In this document: positions 56,567 to 64,000 of the stretch, piece by piece
Numbering within the stretch: position 1 is the stretch's first letter
Layout of the letters: each line of letters opens with the position of its first letter
IMG/VR virus record: IMGVR_UViG_3300025138_000015
Source of the DNA: a virus
Direction: 5' to 3' (one strand)
Length of the DNA stretch: 64,000 bases
The notes under the pieces: generated by a model
Databases searched by the model: none
What the model saw: only the letters and a program-made list of their open reading frames with translations
Told to the model about the DNA's origin: nothing
Translations under genes and position numbers: made by a program

Positions 56567-57283
56567 CTAGGAATTAGGTTCTGATAATTGTGCTGTGGGT
56601 TGAGTTTGATGTATCTTTTCTGCAGTTCCAGAATTATTTACATATACTTCTGATGCTTTTCTTAGAGTGCCATTATCATTGACATATACTTGTTTAACTT
56701 TTGCCAAAGGACCTATTGTTCTTGTACTTGGAAAAGGATTTTGATATGTGAATGGACTTCTGTTCTGATAAGTAAATGGTTGTCTATTCTGATATGTTCC
56801 AGGTTGCCTTGCATTCGCAATATAAGGTTGTTGATAACTTGTAGGATTTCTATATGTACCAGGTTGTCTATTACTATATGTAAATGGTGTTTGACCTTGT
56901 CTATCATAGGTGAAAGGTGTTCTTGCCTGATAAGTGAAAGGAGTTTGACCTTGTCTTGCATATGTGAATGGTTGTCTATTTTCATATGTGAAAGGTGTTC
57001 GACCTGTGGCATTTGCAATGTATGTACTAGGTTGTCTATTATTATATGTTCCAGGTTGTCTTGCATCCGCAATATATGGGTGTTGATATATCGCAGGTTG
57101 TCTATTATTATATTCTGCAGGTTGTCGTGCATTCGCAATATAAGGTTGTTGATATGTAAATGGATGCCTGTATGTAAAAGGTTGCCTTGCACTTGCCTGA
57201 TACGGAGTTTGAGCATTACTAGGTTGTCTTGCATTAGCAATATAAGGTTGTTGAACTATAACTGGCTGTTGTCCTGTTGGCAT
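56567..57283 (-). CDS. Q/N/P/Y/R-rich repeat protein B2 with C-terminal VYVN..G motifs
   Basis: QPYIANAR, TPFTY, QPGTY units; VKQVYVNDNG...EVYVNNSG. Confidence 0.8.
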   Translation of the reverse strand: MPTGQQPVIVQQPYIANARQPSNAQTPYQASARQPFTYRHPFTYQQPYIANARQPAEYNNRQPAIYQHPYIADARQPGTYNNRQPSTYIANATGRTPFTYENRQPFTYARQGQTPFTYQARTPFTYDRQGQTPFTYSNRQPGTYRNPTSYQQPYIANARQPGTYQNRQPFTYQNRSPFTYQNPFPSTRTIGPLAKVKQVYVNDNGTLRKASEVYVNNSGTAEKIHQTQPTAQLSEPNS

Positions 57284-58683
57284 TATCTAAACCCCGCCTG
57301 TGTACCATAAGTAGACCTTAGATATATCTGACTTATATGACCTTGAACAGCACCACTGTTGCTACAAATAAAATGAGTATAGTAAGTTGTTTGACCAGTC
57401 TTACTAGCTTTAATAGTAAATATAACACCTTGTGCCTGTGTCATTCCAGTTTGTTGATTGGTATTTGACGCTGATGCTGCCATCCACATAAATTGTTTAG
57501 AACTCGATGATGAACCATTCCAAATACTATAATAAGTACCGGCAATTCTACCAGCTATTCCTGTTGCCGGTGTGACTGTATCAGAAGTACCTCCACTAGC
57601 AGTTTGACTCTGAACAGTATACTTAACATCAATATTCCATGAACTATCAATTACATTATTATTATTAAGTTCTGTTAAAGGCAAATATATGTAATAAGGA
57701 TTGTAACCATAATAATCTGCATATGCTGTGGAATTTCCACCTGAATATTCATAATATACTTTATTTTGTGTTGAACTATAACCAATAATAAACTGAGCAA
57801 AACATTGACCATGTGAATAACTAAAATTCTGAATTTGAGTAGTTTGCCATGCATAATTTGGTAATCCACTGGCCAATGGATTAGTTGGGTAAAGAGGATT
57901 ACTCGGTGAGAATGCAGAGTTTGGGCTCGTTGTCATATGTGGAGAATTAGAACCCCACCATTCGTTTGATGACATACCTACAGTTGTATTGCTAACAGTT
58001 GAAAAAGGAGCATTTGTAGGACTTAAATCTGTTGTTGTTTCAATATTTGCGGTTGCTGAACTTCCCCCACCCCAAACATCGTAAGTCACAGGAGTCCGAC
58101 TTGATACTGCCGTACTATGATTATATGTAAATGGATGTTGATATATCGCAGGTTGTCTATTATCATATGTAAACGGATTCTGACCATTACTAGGTTGTTG
58201 TGCATCAGGTGTTGCTCTTGCCTGATATGTAAATGGTGTTTGACTATTTGCAATATAAGGAGTTTGAGAATTACTTGGTTGTCTGTTTTGATATGTAAAC
58301 GGTGTTTGACTATTTGCTATATAAGGTGTCTGTGCGTTAGCAGTATATGTAAATGGGTATGGTTGTTGTGCTGATGCCTGATATGGATTTTGTCCATTTG
58401 CAATATACGGATAAGGTTGTTGTGCGTTTGCTATATAAGGTTGTCTTGCATTCGCAATATATGGATATGCCTGTTGAGCATTCGCAATGTAAGGTGTCTG
58501 ATTACTTGTAGGATTCCTGTATAGGGCAGGATTTCTATTACTATATGTAAATGGTGATTGACTATTTGCTATGTACGGTTGTTGTGCATTCGCAATGTAT
58601 GGTTGTTGTGCATTCGAAGGTTGTCTATCATTGAAAGACTGTTGAATGGTTGTACCAGTATTTACATAAATCTTGTCTGACAT
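57283..58683 (-). CDS. Repeat protein A2: N-terminal repeats plus non-repetitive C-terminal domain
   Basis: KIYVNTG start, QPYIANAQ/TPFTY units for about 200 aa, then an S/T/Y-rich globular-looking region. Confidence 0.8.
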   Translation of the reverse strand: MSDKIYVNTGTTIQQSFNDRQPSNAQQPYIANAQQPYIANSQSPFTYSNRNPALYRNPTSNQTPYIANAQQAYPYIANARQPYIANAQQPYPYIANGQNPYQASAQQPYPFTYTANAQTPYIANSQTPFTYQNRQPSNSQTPYIANSQTPFTYQARATPDAQQPSNGQNPFTYDNRQPAIYQHPFTYNHSTAVSSRTPVTYDVWGGGSSATANIETTTDLSPTNAPFSTVSNTTVGMSSNEWWGSNSPHMTTSPNSAFSPSNPLYPTNPLASGLPNYAWQTTQIQNFSYSHGQCFAQFIIGYSSTQNKVYYEYSGGNSTAYADYYGYNPYYIYLPLTELNNNNVIDSSWNIDVKYTVQSQTASGGTSDTVTPATGIAGRIAGTYYSIWNGSSSSSKQFMWMAASASNTNQQTGMTQAQGVIFTIKASKTGQTTYYTHFICSNSGAVQGHISQIYLRSTYGTQAGFR

Positions 58684-58687
58684 GATT

Positions 58688-60142
58688 CTATATCACAAAC
58701 CATAAGTGACCTGATGCTGTCGAACCAACTCCAGATGGAACTGTTCCTGTTATCGTTTTATCCATCACTACATTATCACCATCTATTTTAACACCTTCTG
58801 CTGTATTAACACTGATATTTATATCACCGTCCAAAGGATTTCCTGTGTTAGTATTATATGATTTGGCTAAACCTGCTTCGGCATTAATGATTGCATTAAC
58901 TCTATCATCTGTAAAATAGAAACTATTCGAACCTTCTGATACTGAGTCTGTTGTATTTGTAGGATTAACAGGTTCCCAATAATTATTACCAGCATCCCAT
59001 GCTAAAACTTGTCCAGCAGTTGGAGTAGTTGAATAATTAACATCTGATAGTGCTGAAACACCGTGATTAGTTATACTTGAAATTGTTCCTGTGACATTAC
59101 CAGTCACATTTCCGATTAAATCACCAGTCACATTGCCTGTCACTGCACCATTTAATGTTGTTGCAGTAATAGTTGTTGCATGTAAACTCTGATATCTTTT
59201 TGATGAAGAACCTAATGTTCTAGTATTATCTGAATTAGGCATTATATTTGTGTCTACAACACCATTGATTGATACTGTATCACTTGCATCACTTCCTAAG
59301 TCTACATTTCCTGTAAAACTTGCAGTTGTTCCTGTAATACCACCTGATGACAAAGTACCTACTGTTGCAGTTCCAGTGACTCCTAAGTCACCACCAATTG
59401 TTGCATCATCTGAGACTACTAAGTCATCTGATGATGATAAATGTTCTGCTGAAACTGTTCCTGAGAATGTTCCATTTACTGCACTTGTTAATGAACCACC
59501 TGATAATGATGCAGTTCCGTCTGTGACTGTTGGTGCAGTTAATACTTTACCTGTTGCAAGTGTTATGTCGTCTTCTGCATAAGTTCTACCTGCAAGTTGT
59601 AGATTAAATCCACCTTGTAGAGTTGTGGTAACAGATGAATTATCTCCTTGAAGTATAATACCATTTGAGTTAGTATTATAGATTGTGTTCTGTAATGTTT
59701 CTGTAAAGAATGAAAGTATTGCACTTGATGTTGCAGTTCCTTCAAAAGAACCTGTGTATGCATAGATTTGTATTAAATCATTAGCACTTGCCGCCGATAT
59801 CAATTGTATGTTATAATAGAAAGCACCTGCAAGTCCACCAACTTGCCAATCACTTTGTTCTTCTAATAAGACACCGTTTTTAAATACTTGAACTCTATTT
59901 CCTTTGTATTTAAGAATGTTCCCATTTGCATCTGCACCTGTGAATGTTTGTTGTCCTGCAGTTGCAGTGTATCTATATTTTCCAAAGTAGAATGCTTTGT
60001 CTTCAACTGCGTTAACAGCATCGACTAGATTTTCACCTAATGCAGGTCTTAATCCTGAAACCTCACCAACATCTACGGCAAGTTCATTATACTTCAGTCT
60101 AAATTCATCTATTGTGCTATAATTGTCTACTGTTTTAGCCAT
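58688..60142 (-). CDS. Tail fibre/baseplate-associated protein
   Basis: ATAGQQTF, VFKNGVLL, GNVTG repeats, LSDV...GQVLAWD, C-terminal GHLWF. Confidence 0.78.
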   Translation of the reverse strand: MAKTVDNYSTIDEFRLKYNELAVDVGEVSGLRPALGENLVDAVNAVEDKAFYFGKYRYTATAGQQTFTGADANGNILKYKGNRVQVFKNGVLLEEQSDWQVGGLAGAFYYNIQLISAASANDLIQIYAYTGSFEGTATSSAILSFFTETLQNTIYNTNSNGIILQGDNSSVTTTLQGGFNLQLAGRTYAEDDITLATGKVLTAPTVTDGTASLSGGSLTSAVNGTFSGTVSAEHLSSSDDLVVSDDATIGGDLGVTGTATVGTLSSGGITGTTASFTGNVDLGSDASDTVSINGVVDTNIMPNSDNTRTLGSSSKRYQSLHATTITATTLNGAVTGNVTGDLIGNVTGNVTGTISSITNHGVSALSDVNYSTTPTAGQVLAWDAGNNYWEPVNPTNTTDSVSEGSNSFYFTDDRVNAIINAEAGLAKSYNTNTGNPLDGDINISVNTAEGVKIDGDNVVMDKTITGTVPSGVGSTASGHLWFVI

Positions 60143-60347
60143 TTAACTTTCCTAATATACCATGAAGTAGTTCTTTAATTTCACCTACCTCACTCTTTAA
60201 ATTATTTATCTCGTTTGCTTGGGTTTGAAAACGCATTTTTCTTTGTTTTGCAAGTTTCCATTGTTCAATATCTGTATTTACAATTGCGGATGATTCTTCG
60301 TCTCTTGCAAGATTAGAATGACCTTCAACTTGTGCATACTCATTCAT
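60135..60347 (-). CDS. Small coiled-coil hypothetical protein
   Basis: VEGHSNLARD..S.AIVN, EINNLKSEVGEIKELL. Confidence 0.7.
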   Translation of the reverse strand: MNEYAQVEGHSNLARDEESSAIVNTDIEQWKLAKQRKMRFQTQANEINNLKSEVGEIKELLHGILGKLNG

Positions 60348-60348
60348 A

Positions 60349-63300
60349 TTATGTTGCCAATGCAATACATCTTAATGCCGCTATTAACGGTATTTCTGAT
60401 GTATTTGTTCCTTGTCCTACAACTTTAACAGCAAATGCTGAGAACTCTGCAAGACCCTCTGCAGTATAATCATACTCTTTGAAGTTTCTTGCATCTGATT
60501 CAAGTGTAGTATCTGGAGAACCATCAGTGTTGAAATATTCCCAACCTAAATCATCCCAAGGAGATGACTCATCGTTCTTCAGAATTTTATACATAAATTT
60601 GATATCTGTTGTCACTGGTTTAAATAAATCTGCTGTGACTTTTACTGCAGTAGCAGGTGTTTTTAAGTTCACCTTTCTCGTACAATATACCATTACATTG
60701 TTATCACCTTCAGGTTCAGTAGATGAAACATATACTGTTCCTTCTGGTAATGAATTTGTAGTTGTATCAAGTTTCTTAGATGTTGCACTATCAATGTTAT
60801 TCAATCTATTCATAATACCAATAGCACCTAATGTTCCGACATCGATTACAGGTGATAAGTTAGGATTGAATGATTGTAATTGCAACTGAGCAGTAAATGA
60901 TTTTGTTCCACCATTGTGAGCAGATTCATTTACTGTAGATGAAACAACATGTGCATTACCAAAATGACTATTATCATTTAATGTTATAAATTCTGTTATT
61001 GATTTTTTAACATGATTTGTTCCACCTGCATTATATCCTTCTGGAGATTGCATTGGAGACATGTAAACACTTGAATATATTCTAGTGTTTTTAAACTGCA
61101 CATTTGGTATCATAGTATGCAAAGTATCAAAGTAATAGTTTCTTGTTGATGTTGCAACTGAACCACCACTTACTGTTGATGCTGGTGCAGTATAACCTGA
61201 TACGAAGTGATAAGAAGATACATCTGGTGTGACGCAGAATGAATCAATTCCAATTTCTTTGATTACAGTAAATGTTCCATTGATTGCATCTACTGGAATA
61301 CCACCAATTGTTTCACCGATTGATGCAACTCTAACAGTTAAGTCATGTGTTGATTCAAAATCTGTAAATGTTATTATATCACCAACGGCATGTCCTTGTC
61401 CTGGGTCTGATATTAATACACTTGATACTGCACTACTAGAGTTTGTAGTAATACTTACTACCATTCCTGTTCCTGTACCGTCTGTAGAATCTTGTGTGAC
61501 ACTAGAAGTTGTAGTTGATGCAGTTGGTGTTCCTGTTAAAGTATAATTATCAACTGTCAAGGCAGAACCTTTCTTATCACCAGTTAATCCTGCAAGGACT
61601 ACACTTGATGCAGTTGTATACATTCCATGTGAATAGTTGTATACTTTAACAAAGTTTTTACCTGACATTGCTTCTACTGGATTATTCTGTAGTTTATGTG
61701 TTGGCAATGCAGTATTATTAAATCTTAAATCTGGTGTTTTTGATACATCAAAGGAACATATTTTCATGTTAAACTTCATGTCATCTGTTTGTTCTGCAGT
61801 CCATGTTGATGCGTTTTGTGACAAGAACAATGAACCAGCATATGGTTGTCCTGAAATTGTTTCACCAGTTATGATATCTTTTTCACCCATTCTTGAAATG
61901 AATACTTCGTAATCATTTGAATTAGATAGTACCACATAACACATTTCAGCACCCTCTTCTATATAAACTGGTGATTCGAATGTAAATGTTGTTGCAACTG
62001 AACCATCTGAAGAGGTAGTAACCTCTCCTGGGTTTTTAGTCACTACTGAGAATGGTAATACTACTTGTCCTGGATATCCGTTTACCATGTTTCTGATTTC
62101 TACAGATACAGGTAAGTTCTCTGACTTAGTTGCAAAGTATAAATCAATAGATGACAAGAACATTCCACCTTGTGGTTCACACATAAATGATTGTGCTAAT
62201 GGGTCTTTCCAACCACCTCTTCCACCACCATCTAGTCTTGTGATGAATCTTCTATCAGTAATTAAATCTGGGAATCTCTCTAACTGAGGAGGTCGTATCG
62301 GTGCTTGAATAGGAAGGTCAGGTTCTTCTGCAGGTGGAACAAACGGAGAACTATCTGGTGGTGTTGTAGTACCTGGTGGTGTTGTATCTACTGGTATTTC
62401 TGGTGCGTTTGAATCCCATTCAGTAGCATTTATATTCTCACCTCTTCTTGTAAACTGTCTCTCACCTCTTGTTCTTTCTGTAATAACTCGACCATTTCTT
62501 GTAGAAACGATTTCTGTTTGTGAAGATTGTAATAATCCTTGTGCTTGATATATAACACTAGCAGAAGATGCTGGGTTAGACAAGTTGAATGATGATGAAG
62601 TAATCATCATCTCTCTCATTCCTGAAGGGAATCTTTGTGTACTATTATTAGGTAATTCAAAGTATGCACGACATCTTCCGTTTCCGTCTGTTTTAAGACT
62701 TGAAGTGACTGTTGTACCACCATCTTGTGAATATGATGCACTGTAAGGCCTTACATATTTGTTTACATCTAAATTATCAAAGAAGATATAATGATTTGAA
62801 CCTGGTTTTAAGTTTGTTGCATCTATCTCAATTGTTCTGGCACGCATGAAAGGTATCATTGATACTGATACGACTCTATCGTTTCTTGTTTCTACGAAGT
62901 CTTCAACAACACTTGTTGTGACACCTGTTCTTGTTTGTGTTTCAGGTGTTTCTGTAATTTCTCTTGTGACTTGTAAACCTGCAACCCATTCACCACCTTG
63001 TGCTGGGTCTCCTGACCATGAACCATTTGAAGTTGCTTGAACTTCTGAACTTACTTGTGATGGTTCACCTGCCCATGTTGTTTGCCAATTGTTCCAAACT
63101 GTACCTAATGCATTACCATTTCCGGCAATAACTGCATCGAAGTTTCCTTCTCTATTAACTCTAACTTCTGGTAGTTGTTCTGTATCTTGCCAGATATCAG
63201 TTCCAGGAGTTAGTTTAAGTTGTCCGTCAAACGCAAACACATGATATGGGTTAACATTTAATTGTCTTGATGCCTTATCTTGGTGTACATATGAAAATTC

Positions 63301-64000
63301 TGAAAAAGGTAATGTAATTAAATCACCTGTTTTAGTAAAGTTAGATGATGCATTTGTATCTAATTCAATGTCAAAGAATTGTGAATATGATTTAGGTCTC
63401 ATAGCACCTAATTTTGCATCAATAGATACATTATAGTCTGGATGATTTACATCACCAACTCTATGACCTCTGAAGTTGTCTACTAAGAAACCTGATTTAA
63501 ATCTATCAAATCCGTCTGCATCTAAAATTTGTTTTGTTTGTGTGTCTTTCTCTAATAGAGATAATGCAGTGATTCTTTCTAAGTTTGTGACCCTATTATT
63601 AATCTTGCCGATATCTTTCATTGTAAATCGTCTATGGTCATGTGACCTTACTCTGATATCTTTTAGACTATTTGTATAAGGTGGTAATCTTAATTCAAAC
63701 ATTTCTATTGCATCATCAATACCTTTCGGTTTAGTTGGTGTTAATGAAGGAATACCTGTTGCAACCATCATCTGACCTGTTTTATGCATGAATACTTTAT
63801 CAATTCTTCCTACATAGAAACTAATTGCACCTGTGACACTTGAACCATGTACAGGTGAATCTACTGCACTTGCACTAGATAATGTTATGTTTGTTCTACT
63901 TGATGCAAAAGAACGACCTAAATCATAAGAGAAAGGAGAGTATCTAGCACCATTTGTTGTGTCTGATAAGTCTAGTGGACTTGCAACATTGTGTTGTAAA
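60349..64000 (-). CDS. Large virion structural protein (DUF4815/VrlC-like), 5' end outside the window
   Basis: RRFTMKDIG, DRFKSGFLVDNF, NVNPY, DPLAQSF, GSLFLSQNASTW; frame open to 64000. Confidence 0.88.
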   Translation of the reverse strand, partial: LQHNVASPLDLSDTTNGARYSPFSYDLGRSFASSRTNITLSSASAVDSPVHGSSVTGAISFYVGRIDKVFMHKTGQMMVATGIPSLTPTKPKGIDDAIEMFELRLPPYTNSLKDIRVRSHDHRRFTMKDIGKINNRVTNLERITALSLLEKDTQTKQILDADGFDRFKSGFLVDNFRGHRVGDVNHPDYNVSIDAKLGAMRPKSYSQFFDIELDTNASSNFTKTGDLITLPFSEFSYVHQDKASRQLNVNPYHVFAFDGQLKLTPGTDIWQDTEQLPEVRVNREGNFDAVIAGNGNALGTVWNNWQTTWAGEPSQVSSEVQATSNGSWSGDPAQGGEWVAGLQVTREITETPETQTRTGVTTSVVEDFVETRNDRVVSVSMIPFMRARTIEIDATNLKPGSNHYIFFDNLDVNKYVRPYSASYSQDGGTTVTSSLKTDGNGRCRAYFELPNNSTQRFPSGMREMMITSSSFNLSNPASSASVIYQAQGLLQSSQTEIVSTRNGRVITERTRGERQFTRRGENINATEWDSNAPEIPVDTTPPGTTTPPDSSPFVPPAEEPDLPIQAPIRPPQLERFPDLITDRRFITRLDGGGRGGWKDPLAQSFMCEPQGGMFLSSIDLYFATKSENLPVSVEIRNMVNGYPGQVVLPFSVVTKNPGEVTTSSDGSVATTFTFESPVYIEEGAEMCYVVLSNSNDYEVFISRMGEKDIITGETISGQPYAGSLFLSQNASTWTAEQTDDMKFNMKICSFDVSKTPDLRFNNTALPTHKLQNNPVEAMSGKNFVKVYNYSHGMYTTASSVVLAGLTGDKKGSALTVDNYTLTGTPTASTTTSSVTQDSTDGTGTGMVVSITTNSSSAVSSVLISDPGQGHAVGDIITFTDFESTHDLTVRVASIGETIGGIPVDAINGTFTVIKEIGIDSFCVTPDVSSYHFVSGYTAPASTVSGGSVATSTRNYYFDTLHTMIPNVQFKNTRIYSSVYMSPMQSPEGYNAGGTNHVKKSITEFITLNDNSHFGNAHVVSSTVNESAHNGGTKSFTAQLQLQSFNPNLSPVIDVGTLGAIGIMNRLNNIDSATSKKLDTTTNSLPEGTVYVSSTEPEGDNNVMVYCTRKVNLKTPATAVKVTADLFKPVTTDIKFMYKILKNDESSPWDDLGWEYFNTDGSPDTTLESDARNFKEYDYTAEGLAEFSAFAVKVVGQGTNTSEIPLIAALRCIALAT

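Noticed and set aside
46606-58683. Diversity-generating retroelement TR/VR pair
   Set aside because: No reverse transcriptase in the window and differences are not adenine-specific
48632-63679. Plus-strand ORFs opposite fibre and structural genes
   Set aside because: Typical antisense frames of Gly/Thr/Ser-rich genes; the minus-strand proteins carry the recognisable motifs
1-64000. tRNA or rRNA genes, integrase, transposase
   Set aside because: None recognised by eye; tRNAscan-SE was not run

Overview
AT-rich 64-kb segment of a T4-like myophage, most similar in gene content to marine pelagiphage/cyanophage-type T4-likes; the host cannot be determined from this window. Almost all genes are on the minus strand. 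Left to right: a truncated Hsp20; a late-promoter operon with CsgF, CsgG, two curlin-repeat proteins, a FecR-domain protein and a CHASE2 class III nucleotidyl cyclase; the replication/recombination core (regA, gp62, gp44, gp45, CobS/CobT-like pair, def, gp46, gp47, gp55, uvsW, uvsY) with a cytochrome c and 2OG-Fe(II) oxygenases; head and tail genes (gp3, gp23-gp13) with a PRMT-like methyltransferase between gp16 and gp17; and a tail-fibre region. The best candidate for an undescribed system is in the fibre region. Two parallel loci each have a fibre gene ending in G(D/H)LW followed by two Q/N/P/Y/R-rich repeat proteins (QPYIANAR and xPFTYxNR units). One locus runs into a glycosyltransferase, a chaperone-like protein, two 2OG-Fe(II) oxygenases and a DUF6065-like gene, suggesting post-translationally decorated fibres. 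Also seen: a conserved 18-bp-spacer promoter family and many late promoters that appear to yield leaderless mRNAs, a leader with three AGUGA-loop hairpins, and a gene partly overprinted on the cyclase. All protein calls are motif recognition by eye; no database searches were run.
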